A stretch of DNA of 35,723 nt from a virus (lineage: Duplodnaviria > Caudoviricetes): positions 1 to 35,723 of the IMG/VR virus record IMGVR_UViG_3300037608_000024; one strand, 5' to 3'. The notes below the pieces were generated by a model. The model was not told the DNA's origin and ran no database searches. It saw only the letters and a program-made list of their open reading frames with translations. A program made the translations under genes and the position numbers. This document shows positions 27,197 to 35,723 of this stretch, piece by piece (the stretch's first letter is position 1; each line of letters begins with the position of its first letter).

Positions 27197-27549
27197 TGTT
27201 TCGCCCACTTTTCAAGTTCTCTATGAATTGAGTAAGCAATAAAAAGCATTCCGTCATTCGCATTTCCATCGCCCCAATAGTCCGGGATATGTTGCAGAAA
27301 CTTGAAATTGCAGGCGGCGATTGTTTTTGCAATGCCTGAAAACACTCCGGCGATTTGGCGTGGAGTTAAGTCCTTGATTGTTTCTTTGGCATCCTCTGTC
27401 GGGTATCCAAAACCCATAATCGTTTCGCCGTTATTTAATTCAAAATCAGCATTTCCCCATCCGCCTCCGTTGATAGTGGCTTTGATAACTCTAATTTGCT
27501 TTTCTGTAAAATTCTGTTCCAATTCTTGGATTGCTTCTTGTGCTGTCAT
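27193..27549 (-). CDS. Hypothetical protein
   Basis: Likely ATG at 27549 within track ORF 27193..27603. Confidence 0.7.
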   Translation of the reverse strand: MTAQEAIQELEQNFTEKQIRVIKATINGGGWGNADFELNNGETIMGFGYPTEDAKETIKDLTPRQIAGVFSGIAKTIAACNFKFLQHIPDYWGDGNANDGMLFIAYSIHRELEKWAKQ

Positions 27550-27556
27550 GGTCGTA

Positions 27557-27742
27557 TTATTTAAGATTAAAAAATGTTTCATATCCCTTTTGGCTTCCAA
27601 CAACTTCCATCACTTCGGTTTTCCCTGTTTTTGTTATTGTAACCTCTGCAAGTGTTGGGGAGCTTCCATATAAATCAAAGTTCAAATTCAGTTTCCCATT
27701 TTCAATTTGCGTTTTTAAGTTTCTGTAAGTTATAGCTTTCAT
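27557..27742 (-). CDS. Small hypothetical protein, first gene of the island
   Basis: ORF track; directly after promoter copy 2. Confidence 0.65.
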   Translation of the reverse strand: MKAITYRNLKTQIENGKLNLNFDLYGSSPTLAEVTITKTGKTEVMEVVGSQKGYETFFNLK

Positions 27743-27756
27743 TTTGTCTAATTTTT

Positions 27757-27840
27757 AAAGTGTTTATGTTGTAATCACATTGCAAAGTAACATGTATTCT
27801 TTTAGATACAATACATATTCAGTGTTAAATCTTTGTTAAA
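27757..27840 (-). promoter_or_regulatory. Duplicated leftward promoter, copy 2
   Basis: Operator GTGTTTA-N5-TAATCAC 27760-27778; TTACTTTG (minus) 27783-27790; ATGTATT-N11-AATACAT 27792-27816; GTTAAA-N5-GTTAAA 27824-27840. Confidence 0.8.
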
Positions 27841-27895
27841 GTAAGTTAATCGCGCGTAAGTGTATGATATTCAAATACAGATTATTACAAAAAAT

Positions 27896-27939
27896 ATGTG
27901 ATTATATTGTAATCACATTGAAAATTGTGATTATATTTG
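27896..27939 (+). promoter_or_regulatory. Capsid-operon promoter with perfect operator and an extra half-site
   Basis: ATGTGATTA-TATTG-TAATCACAT 27896-27918; GTGATTA 27927-27933 overlapping TATATTTG 27932-27939. Confidence 0.8.
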
Positions 27940-27974
27940 TCGCTGAATTTCATAAATAACTAAATTCATACAGT

Positions 27975-28628
27975 ATGAAAACCAAAATTTTAGAACTCTT
28001 GAAAACCAAATTCCCCGGGGTTCAGGATTCTGTTCTCGGTCGGATAGCCGATAAATTGGCAAAAACGGCACTCACAGAAGATGCAGCTACAACCGCAGTC
28101 GAGGGGGTAACAATCCAAACAGTCATTGACAGTTATGCAGACAGCAGGGCGAACGAAGCTACACAGACAGCCGTTACGAACTATGAAAAAAAGCATGGCA
28201 TCAAAGACGGCAAACCAACAACGGCAGAGCCTCAACCCGGCGGGGGTGAACCACAATCAGAAATCGCCAAAATTGTCGCAGAGGCTATGAAACCACTGCA
28301 TGACAAAATCGCAGCTTTTGAAAGTGGAAAAACAACCGACACCCGGCGTTCAGTTCTCGAAGCAAAGCTAAAAGAAGCCAAAGCCCCGGAAGTATTTACA
28401 AATCAGACTTTGAAGTTTGTTGACAAAATGAATCTCACTGATGAAGAATTTGAACAATACACACAGGAGGTTATTGATAACGCCGCCAAATTAGCACAAG
28501 ATACGGTGAATGCCGGGCTTGCAAATCAACATCAACCTTTCGCCTCTGTCGGGGGCGGCGGAAGTAAAGAGCTTATCGCACAGGACATTAAACAATGGGC
28601 TGACAGCAAAACAACCCCGGCAAAATAA
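27975..28628 (+). CDS. Capsid scaffolding protein
   Basis: Helical and charged; position upstream of head genes. Confidence 0.7.
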   Translation: MKTKILELLKTKFPGVQDSVLGRIADKLAKTALTEDAATTAVEGVTIQTVIDSYADSRANEATQTAVTNYEKKHGIKDGKPTTAEPQPGGGEPQSEIAKIVAEAMKPLHDKIAAFESGKTTDTRRSVLEAKLKEAKAPEVFTNQTLKFVDKMNLTDEEFEQYTQEVIDNAAKLAQDTVNAGLANQHQPFASVGGGGSKELIAQDIKQWADSKTTPAK

Positions 28629-28662
28629 TCAACTCATTATTAATCATTAATTCTACAAAATT

Positions 28663-29229
28663 ATGTTAGAAATTAAGAAAACAACTGTCAACACAGGAAT
28701 CGTAATTTGGCAGAAACGTCCTGAAACTTTGCAGGGAGGTTTCACTGTCGATGATGCTGGTTTCGTTGCAGGCGACACAATTCCCGGGGGTACTCCTATT
28801 TATGTGGATGAACAAACCCGAAAAGCGACAATCGCCCGTGTAGCTGTATTGACAGAAGCGGCAACCAATGTCGCAACTCAATTGAAAGTGAGAAAAGGTT
28901 CACTTATCAAAGTCGGTGCGTCTATCAAGGCGAAAACAGCCGGGGCGCAAGCTATCACCGAAATCGATAAAACGAATGCCGATTACGACTTGGTGACAGT
29001 CGGTACAACTCTCGGGATTGCTTTGTCTATCGGCGACGCTTTGTTCGTTGATAACGCGGCATACACAAACCCGAAAGGACTTACATACGAAGATGTGACC
29101 ATTGGTAGCAATGGCATCGCTTCTGTATCGTGTGCTATCCGCGGCACTGTTTACGCACGTAGAATCGTGCCCGTTCCACAAACTGTCAGGGCTTTATTGC
29201 CTCTGATTTATTTTTCAGAATCTTACTAA
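28663..29229 (+). CDS. Head decoration / head fibre protein
   Basis: Beta-rich; lies between scaffold and major capsid genes. Confidence 0.65.
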   Translation: MLEIKKTTVNTGIVIWQKRPETLQGGFTVDDAGFVAGDTIPGGTPIYVDEQTRKATIARVAVLTEAATNVATQLKVRKGSLIKVGASIKAKTAGAQAITEIDKTNADYDLVTVGTTLGIALSIGDALFVDNAAYTNPKGLTYEDVTIGSNGIASVSCAIRGTVYARRIVPVPQTVRALLPLIYFSESY

Positions 29230-29244
29230 TAGGAGAGAAAAGAA

Positions 29245-30324
29245 ATGGCAAAAGTACAATCAATTTTCGGCACGTATGCCGAACAGCTCCAGGCGGTTGT
29301 TGATAACAGTTTATCCCTGTTCGCTCCAACTTGGTATCAAAAATATTTCACGTGGGCTCCCACGCAGACACAGCTCACGTTCGTGTCTGTAATTGGTGCA
29401 AGCCGTATCGAAGCAGCCGCTTCGATTGTTGACCGTTCATCCGGTGCTCCTTTGCGTTCGCGTGCTGAACTTGCGAAGTATCAGGGTGAAATTCCGGCAA
29501 TCAAACAAAAGTTTGAAATGTTGGAATCGGATTACCGTGACTTCCTTACATTGCAAGCCGTGGCTCTATCAGATGCAGCCAAAAAACAGCAACTTCTTGA
29601 CTTGCTGTTTGAAGATGTAAAGAAAGCAGGTAATTCGGCACACAAACGTCTTGATATTATGGCTTTACAAGCCGTATCAACAGGAAAAATCAGCTTGACT
29701 GCTGAATGGAATCCTGATGGTATTGTATTGAAAGATGATTTGGATTTGCTCATGCCTGATGAAAACAAGAAAAAAGCGGCTGTAAAGTGGTCAACAACTG
29801 CAACCTCTACCCCTATCACCGACATCACCACTTTGGTGAATGATGCAACTTTAAAAGGGCATTCGTTCGCTAAAATTTTAATGTCGCCATCGGCATTCTT
29901 GAATTTCGCACATAGCAAAGAAGTAATCGACAGTCTTATTTCATTCAACCAACTGCAAAAAGGGGCGCAAGTAGCCACTATCGCAAAAGTGAACGAGTAT
30001 TTGGCTGCAAACCTTTTGCCCGAAATCGAAATCGTGAACGAGGTAGTGGGTATCGAAAAGGATGGCAAAATTAGCAATGTTCGTCCATTCAAAAACGAAA
30101 ATGTTTCGTTCGTTCCGGTTGGAACATTGGGTACTATTAAAAACGCTTTCTGCATGGAAGAAATGCGTCCTGTTTCGACTGTGAATTATGCATCGTTCAA
30201 CCGTGCATTGATTTCTAAGTGGCAGGAAAACGACCCGTGGGCTGAATACACATCGGTAGAATTGAATGCATTCCCGGCGGTAGATGCTATCGACAGGATG
30301 TATATCATGGAAGTTGAATTTTAA
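29245..30324 (+). CDS. Major capsid protein (lambda gpE-like)
   Basis: 359 aa; GEIPAIK, QAVSTGKI, W...STPITDI, AFPAV motifs; gene position. Confidence 0.88.
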   Translation: MAKVQSIFGTYAEQLQAVVDNSLSLFAPTWYQKYFTWAPTQTQLTFVSVIGASRIEAAASIVDRSSGAPLRSRAELAKYQGEIPAIKQKFEMLESDYRDFLTLQAVALSDAAKKQQLLDLLFEDVKKAGNSAHKRLDIMALQAVSTGKISLTAEWNPDGIVLKDDLDLLMPDENKKKAAVKWSTTATSTPITDITTLVNDATLKGHSFAKILMSPSAFLNFAHSKEVIDSLISFNQLQKGAQVATIAKVNEYLAANLLPEIEIVNEVVGIEKDGKISNVRPFKNENVSFVPVGTLGTIKNAFCMEEMRPVSTVNYASFNRALISKWQENDPWAEYTSVELNAFPAVDAIDRMYIMEVEF

Positions 30325-30329
30325 TTTAC

Positions 30330-30349
30330 GGCGGGGGTAACACCCCGCC
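30330..30349 (+). promoter_or_regulatory. GC-rich hairpin after the capsid gene without a U-tract (possible mRNA-stability element)
   Basis: GGCGGGG-GTAACA-CCCCGCC. Confidence 0.55.
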
Positions 30350-30361
30350 CAACTTAAAGAA

Positions 30362-30706
30362 ATGGCAACACACAATATTTCTGAATACCTTAATTCACGA
30401 CTTATCCGGCTGGGTATCGAATTGTCGGATGTAGAACTGGCTGCATTGCAAATCAAACACATGAACGGAGTGTCGCTTGACGATGCTTTGGATAGTGTGA
30501 ATATAGATATTTCAGATAAAGCCTGTTTGAATTACATCCGCGATATTTTGCTTATGCCTGACATATCGGAGGGTGGTTATAGCGTGAAGTTTGATAGGGA
30601 TGCAGTTGTAAAGTGGTATAATTTTGAGGTTCAGCGGCTTGGATTAGGGCGAAACCCTAATTTCAGCCTTTCGCCAAAAGTCAGGGATGCATCAAACCGC
30701 TGGTAG
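30362..30706 (+). CDS. Head-tail connector (adaptor) protein
   Basis: Position; PDISEGGYSV and SNRW motifs. Confidence 0.7.
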   Translation: MATHNISEYLNSRLIRLGIELSDVELAALQIKHMNGVSLDDALDSVNIDISDKACLNYIRDILLMPDISEGGYSVKFDRDAVVKWYNFEVQRLGLGRNPNFSLSPKVRDASNRW

Positions 30707-30708
30707 AT

Positions 30709-31026
30709 ATGAAATCACAATATCCATACAAATTGCAGGCGTTACCGGGTGCTCCGGCTATCAAGGATGAAAACGGGGACTTTGTTTCCAATAGTCCTGA
30801 ATGGCTGGATGTAGCTAAGTGCAGGGATGAAACCGGGCGGAACTATACCGTAAACACCCCCGACGGGGCTGGTTACGTTTCAACCGTGGTAATCTTCGCA
30901 CCAAAAGGGACAACCCCGTTGTCACCCGGCACGATGGTTCGCGTTTTGGATGGCGATGTGATACGTGCGACAGGGAAAATCGTTGCATCACGAAAAGAGT
31001 TCTTTCACACCCGGATATGGCTGTAG
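30709..31026 (+). CDS. Head closure (stopper) protein
   Basis: Position; DENGD...W..CRDE. Confidence 0.65.
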   Translation: MKSQYPYKLQALPGAPAIKDENGDFVSNSPEWLDVAKCRDETGRNYTVNTPDGAGYVSTVVIFAPKGTTPLSPGTMVRVLDGDVIRATGKIVASRKEFFHTRIWL

Positions 31027-31460
31027 AAATAAAAAAGAATACAGGTTCAGAGTTTCATAAAGCAATCTTGAAACGGCTTGAAAAGGTGTCTTTTGATGTT
31101 TTATCGCGTGCCGGGGAAATGGCAGTGGCACACGCCCGGAAGCATGGTTCATACACGGATAGGACGGCGAATCTTCGCAATAGTATTGGATATGTAATCA
31201 TGAAAGATGGCATTGTGGTGTCAGGCAAATTTCAAAGCGGGAAATCAAGCTCTAAGGCTCAATCCTATGCGATGGAAATTGCGGCAAAAACAGCCCAAAA
31301 ACACAAAAAAGGCTTTGTCCTTATTGTCGTGGCAGGGATGGAATATGCGGCTTATGTTGAGGCTCTTGGATACGATGTTTTATCCGGTGCTGGGAATGTT
31401 TTAAGGTCGTTTGTAAGCGAAATTGTACAACAAATTAAAGAAGAATTAAGTAACGTATGA
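31017..31460 (+). CDS. HK97 gp10-like neck protein
   Basis: DRTANLRNSIG and MEYAAYVE motifs. Confidence 0.8.
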   Translation: MAVEIKKNTGSEFHKAILKRLEKVSFDVLSRAGEMAVAHARKHGSYTDRTANLRNSIGYVIMKDGIVVSGKFQSGKSSSKAQSYAMEIAAKTAQKHKKGFVLIVVAGMEYAAYVEALGYDVLSGAGNVLRSFVSEIVQQIKEELSNV

Positions 31461-31852
31461 AAACCCCCGGGAAGCAAATAAATATTCTTTATTCATTGCT
31501 ATCTGATAGCGATTTATTAAACGCCGCAGATAGCAAAATAACGGGTGATATTTATAAACACGAGCGTCCAAATTCAGGGAAAGAGGATATTGTTATTAGT
31601 TCTATTTCGTTGGTCGGGCAAAGTAAGCAATTTGGTTCGGCGGTTGTAAACATTTGGATTCCGAATAATGAACAGTCGTTTCCTGACACAAAGCGGATTG
31701 ATTTTTTGGCAGCTAAAGCCGTAGAAATTATCGAAAATGCTTTGTCGCTGGATTACAATATCACTATCGGAAATCAAGACATTTATAACGAACCTGAATT
31801 AAATTATCATTTCTATTCAATAACAGTAAATTTCGAGTTTTTTAATCTATAA
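31457..31852 (+). CDS. Tail terminator/completion protein
   Basis: Position before tail tube; size. Confidence 0.65.
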   Translation: MKTPGKQINILYSLLSDSDLLNAADSKITGDIYKHERPNSGKEDIVISSISLVGQSKQFGSAVVNIWIPNNEQSFPDTKRIDFLAAKAVEIIENALSLDYNITIGNQDIYNEPELNYHFYSITVNFEFFNL

Positions 31853-31863
31853 AAATCAAAATC

Positions 31864-32370
31864 ATGGCTAAAGTTCTAAAAAACATAAGCTCTATCAAGA
31901 TGGGTGCTCCATCTACAACCGAGTATCCCGGCGGTGCTGGTTGGACGGGAACAAAATTAGGTACTATCGACGGGAATGGTGTAACCATTACAGAGGGCGA
32001 ACCTAAGATTGAAAATCTAAAAGTCGCCGGACAAACAGTACCTATCGACATCAATGTTGAGCCGGGCGAAGCTATTTCTTTCACCGGGGCGTGTTACGTT
32101 GAGGTCGGTGCTGAATTGACCAATATCCACGGCGGAACAATGGACACCGATGGATGGGAGGCTGGAAAAGAAGTCTACGCAGTAAACAAAGCGTTCGTTC
32201 TTGAAACGAAAGATTCCAACATGAAAGTTCTCATTCCAAACGGTATTCTTGTCGGTTGGTTTACGGGCAAATTGGCAGACAACGGTTCTGCATTGATTAA
32301 CTTCAAAATCACCCCCGTTGATGCTGGTGATACATTGGGTTATTTCAAATTCACGAAAGCCGGAGCGTAA
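31864..32370 (+). CDS. Major tail tube protein
   Basis: Position; beta-rich, 168 aa; followed by a terminator. Confidence 0.75.
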   Translation: MAKVLKNISSIKMGAPSTTEYPGGAGWTGTKLGTIDGNGVTITEGEPKIENLKVAGQTVPIDINVEPGEAISFTGACYVEVGAELTNIHGGTMDTDGWEAGKEVYAVNKAFVLETKDSNMKVLIPNGILVGWFTGKLADNGSALINFKITPVDAGDTLGYFKFTKAGA

Positions 32371-32393
32371 CGCTTTAAAAAAATGACAAAAAC

Positions 32394-32426
32394 AAAAAGC
32401 CGTCGGATTGGTTCGGCGGCTTTTTT
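32394..32426 (+). terminator. Intrinsic terminator
   Basis: AAAAAGCCGTCGGA-TTGG-TTCGGCGGCTTTTTT. Confidence 0.8.
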
Positions 32427-32443
32427 AATACTACACAACGAAT

Positions 32444-32965
32444 ATGATAGATAAATTAGTTCAAGAGTTTAAGGAACACGAAGTCATCCTCGAAAGGGGG
32501 TTGAAATTTGAAATAGACTACACGAGGCGGATAAAAATACCGTATTTGCCTATTTCGTTCCGCCGTAAGGCAAAAAAAACAATTTATCTGCATCAACCTA
32601 CGCTCGCAACACTTGCAGCCATAGGGCGCGAATTTTTGCTTTTTGACATACAAGAGCAAATTGAGATAAATAAGCCATTTACCGATACGACTATTTTGGC
32701 AGATAAAACAGCCGAAAAGATGGCACGGATTATCGCCGTTATGGCGACAGGGATAAAAGACCCAGAGGTTTATGATACAGAAAAGCAAGATAAAGAAATA
32801 TCAAATGTTGCTGGAATTATATTCTACAATGTGAAACCCGTTTTGTTACTCCGTATCGTGCAGGCTGTTCGGCTTTTATGCAATGTTGAAAATTTTACAA
32901 GCTCTATCAGCCTGATGTCCGAAATAAAAACGGGGCTTCCCACGCTGGTAGGGAAAGAGGACTAA
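32444..32965 (+). CDS. Tail assembly chaperone (gpG-like)
   Basis: Between tail tube and tape measure genes. Confidence 0.7.
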   Translation: MIDKLVQEFKEHEVILERGLKFEIDYTRRIKIPYLPISFRRKAKKTIYLHQPTLATLAAIGREFLLFDIQEQIEINKPFTDTTILADKTAEKMARIIAVMATGIKDPEVYDTEKQDKEISNVAGIIFYNVKPVLLLRIVQAVRLLCNVENFTSSISLMSEIKTGLPTLVGKED

Positions 32966-33186
32966 AAAGTCCAATCGGGAGGCTGATGTCAATTTGTAAA
33001 GACTATTTCGGTGGAAATTGGGTCATGTTTTTTTACCGTGTTCCATGGACTGTTTCATTGCGTGGGTTGATAGATGCTGCATGGTACGATGACAGCAAAA
33101 CGGGTGAAGTTGACGAAATAATTGATTGCGAAAACTTATCTGATAGTGATTTCGAGGCACTTCAAAATTTAGGAAAAAAGAAATAA
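32890..33186 (+). CDS. Tail assembly chaperone extension (gpT-like), -1 frame
   Basis: -1 frame open from 32890 to 33186, overlapping the chaperone gene; includes track ORF 32986..33186. Confidence 0.6.
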   Translation, partial: KFYKLYQPDVRNKNGASHAGRERGLKSPIGRLMSICKDYFGGNWVMFFYRVPWTVSLRGLIDAAWYDDSKTGEVDEIIDCENLSDSDFEALQNLGKKK

Positions 33187-33187
33187 A

Positions 33188-35723
33188 ATGGCAGGCGAAT
33201 TAAACTTAATAGAAACGCTCGATAACGGGCAATTTATCAACGCACTCGGGCAGTCTGACGCTCGTTACAACCAACATATCGGGAACATTAAAAAAGGTTC
33301 AAACGAGATGGAGGCAACCATTAAGAAAGCCGGGGCGATGATGGGGACTTATTTCGGAGCGCAAGCCCTCGCAGGCTTTGCACAAAAAATCGTTGAAGTT
33401 ACAGGCGAATTTCAACAGTTAGATGTTGCATTTACAACAATGCTCGGCTCTAAAGAAAAATCCGCAGAATTAGTTTCGCAGATGGTCGCAACGGCTGCAA
33501 AAACGCCGTTCACATTACAGGAGGTTTCGCAGGGCGGGAAACAGTTACTTGCTTATCAGGTCGCGCAAGAAGATGTCAATGAAACCCTTATCCGCTTAGG
33601 AAATATTTCCGCCGGGCTTGGGACACCATTATCACGCTTGATTTTGGTTTTCGGACAAGTGAAAGCCAAAGGGAAACTCATGGGTGACGACTTGCGGCAA
33701 TTTACAGAAGCGGGAATACCTATGATACACGAATTGGCGAAACAAATGGGTGTCGCCGACAAGGAAGTTGCTGCACTTGTTTCGGATGGCAAAATTGGAT
33801 TTGAACAGGTTGAAAAAGTACTCCATAATCTCACAAACGAGGGTGGAATGTTCTTTAATCTTATGGAAGCCCAATCTAAAACGGTTACAGGGCAAATCAG
33901 CAACTTAAAAGATAAATTCACCGTAATGCTGAATGACATAGGTTCGGCGAACACAGGTGTTATCAACGACGCTATTTCAGGGGCTTCGTACATGATTGAG
34001 CATTACGAAGAAATCGGAAAAACAATTCTTGGATTGGTGGCTGTTTATGGAACTTACAAAGCTGCAATCATGGCAACCGCTGCACTCCAACAGGCTGGGG
34101 CGGCTGTTTCTTATACACTCGAAGCAAATAGCCTGAAATCGCTTTTGACCGTTGAACAACAGGCTGCAATCGCAAAACAGGGTCTTTCCGTGACATCGCT
34201 GGAATACGCAAACGCCGTCAGGGCGCAAGTTGCAGCGAACGCCGCCGCAATGCAAAGCGAACTCGCGATGCTTACAACACAAGAAGCACACGCCCGGGCT
34301 GAATACCGTATCGCACTGCAAAGGTCACTGAATTCTAAAACATTGGTATCGCAAAAAGAAATGGAGCTTTCACTGGCTAAATTGGGCGGGAATCAAAAAC
34401 AAATCGAACTCGCACAAAGCTCGCTCCTACAAGCGCAAGAGGAACGGCACATTGCAGTAAAAGCACGAAAGGCGGCTTCTGACACTTATCAGGTTGCTGT
34501 ATCCAAAACCAAAGCAACTGCGACAGCCCTTGAAACAGCCACGACAGCGGCATCAACGGCGGCGGATGGTGCAAAAGTAACGTCAACAAACATTTTAGCC
34601 GCTGCAAAGCTAAAATTAATATCGATAACCCGGGCTTTGACCGCCGCTGTAATGGCGAACCCGTGGGTCGCTGTCGCGGTTGCTATCGCTGCAATCGCTT
34701 CCGCTGTATGGATGCTATACGATGGTACAACATCGCAAGAACGGGCGCAAGCCGCCCTCAACAAAACGATGGAGGATGCAAAGCAAAAGAAAGATGATTT
34801 AACCGGAAAATCAAATGAACTTTTAGGGGTGATTAATTCCGAAACGAAACTATTAGAGGAACAAATCGCAGCATATCGGGAGTTACAAGGTTTATATCCT
34901 AAGACATTCGATAACATGGATGTGTATGCTTTCAAGGCTTTAGGTGCGACAGAACAGCAGAAACTTCTAAACAAAGCCCTTTACGAAATGGATGCAAAGA
35001 ACCTCGAAATGCAGATTTCAAAGGTTCGCGAAACGCTTCAAAAACATGATAGTTTCGTTCCGCAAATGGTAGGTTCTTCGACAAGCGGCGCACCAATGAT
35101 GACACAAAACCCGGTATCGCAAAAAGAGTATGAAGATGCTTCTAATTTGCTGGGGTTGCTCAACGAACAGAGGCGCGTCCGTCAAGATGCAGCGGAAGCC
35201 GCCCGGGTTGCAGCGATGTCCGAAAAAGAGCGTATCAGCTACTACAAACAACAGGTTAAAGAGTTGGAAGCGCAAAAGGCATCCATCGAGGGCACGGCAA
35301 ACAAAACATCGACTGTCGTGGGTTGGGTTGATAAGTTAAGTGAAAAGCTAACTGGAATAAAAAAACAAGAACCTTTTAGTTTACTCGGTTTCAGCCTCGA
35401 TGATATAAATAAAAAGCTCCGGGAAGCAAATGGGCATATCGAAACTTTACAAAACGGCGGGAATTCACCCCAAAAAACAGGCGGAACGAAATCATTTTGG
35501 GAAAATCAGAAAAAACAAGCCGAGGATAATTTGGCAGCAATGACAGACAAACAGAAAGGTTCTAAAGACTGGAACAATGAGGTTCGTCTAATTAGGGAAG
35601 CCGAAAGCAAGCTCAAAGCGTGGGATTTAAAACAAGAGAACCCTAAAAAGGTCGCCCCGTTTGGGACACTCGAATATTACGATGAACTGATTAAAAAACT
35701 CAAAGATAGTGTTTCGAGTTTCG
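33188..35723 (+). CDS. Tape measure protein, 3'-truncated, not in ORF track
   Basis: ATG at 33188; manual translation gives FTTMLGSKEK, AAKTPFTL, GQVKAKGKLMGDDLRQFTEAGIP tape-measure motifs; Ala-rich frame appears to run off the window end. Confidence 0.92.
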   Translation, partial: MAGELNLIETLDNGQFINALGQSDARYNQHIGNIKKGSNEMEATIKKAGAMMGTYFGAQALAGFAQKIVEVTGEFQQLDVAFTTMLGSKEKSAELVSQMVATAAKTPFTLQEVSQGGKQLLAYQVAQEDVNETLIRLGNISAGLGTPLSRLILVFGQVKAKGKLMGDDLRQFTEAGIPMIHELAKQMGVADKEVAALVSDGKIGFEQVEKVLHNLTNEGGMFFNLMEAQSKTVTGQISNLKDKFTVMLNDIGSANTGVINDAISGASYMIEHYEEIGKTILGLVAVYGTYKAAIMATAALQQAGAAVSYTLEANSLKSLLTVEQQAAIAKQGLSVTSLEYANAVRAQVAANAAAMQSELAMLTTQEAHARAEYRIALQRSLNSKTLVSQKEMELSLAKLGGNQKQIELAQSSLLQAQEERHIAVKARKAASDTYQVAVSKTKATATALETATTAASTAADGAKVTSTNILAAAKLKLISITRALTAAVMANPWVAVAVAIAAIASAVWMLYDGTTSQERAQAALNKTMEDAKQKKDDLTGKSNELLGVINSETKLLEEQIAAYRELQGLYPKTFDNMDVYAFKALGATEQQKLLNKALYEMDAKNLEMQISKVRETLQKHDSFVPQMVGSSTSGAPMMTQNPVSQKEYEDASNLLGLLNEQRRVRQDAAEAARVAAMSEKERISYYKQQVKELEAQKASIEGTANKTSTVVGWVDKLSEKLTGIKKQEPFSLLGFSLDDINKKLREANGHIETLQNGGNSPQKTGGTKSFWENQKKQAEDNLAAMTDKQKGSKDWNNEVRLIREAESKLKAWDLKQENPKKVAPFGTLEYYDELIKKLKDSVSSF

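Larger units (their letters stand above)
1..35723. mobile_element. Tailed phage/prophage segment, Bacteroidota-type, siphovirus-like; both ends lie outside the window
   Basis: Ordered recombination, replication, terminase, portal, capsid, tail and tape-measure genes; no host housekeeping genes; TAnnTTTG promoter elements. Confidence 0.95.

Noticed and set aside
32951-32957. Lambda-type GGGAAAG slippery site
   Set aside because: Phased GGG-AAA-G in the chaperone frame rather than G-GGA-AAG, so it does not fit canonical -1 tandem slippage
33556-35339. Track ORFs in the last 2.2 kb
   Set aside because: Shadows of the tape-measure gene, which the track missed because it has no stop in the window

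Overview
A 35.7-kb internal segment of a Bacteroidota-type tailed phage or prophage (siphovirus-like). Host assignment rests on TAnnTTTG promoter elements and AT-rich leaders without Shine-Dalgarno sites. Gene order: (1) partial LRR-like repeat gene and a recombination module (Rad50/SMC-like ATPase, RecT, MBL hydrolase); (2) small HTH, replication initiator and DnaC-like loader; (3) accessory genes (ASCH-like, MazG-like, radical SAM, RuvC-like); (4) an overlapping ParB-methyltransferase / PLP-fold / QueC-like trio running straight into terS-terL-portal; (5) a MuF head protein ending in an R-S-E ADP-ribosyltransferase, facing a minus-strand operon with an ADP-ribosylglycohydrolase; (6) a ~6.8-kb minus-strand island of small genes splitting the head operon; (7) scaffold, capsid, neck, tail tube, chaperones and a truncated tape-measure gene. 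Best candidates for undescribed biology: the possible packaging-linked DNA-modification trio, the virion ART writer plus ARH eraser module joined by a perfect 19-bp inverted repeat, and one palindromic operator shared by five promoter regions. No integrase, repressor, lysis, tRNA, rRNA or CRISPR features were seen. All product calls come from motif recognition by eye; no database searches were run.
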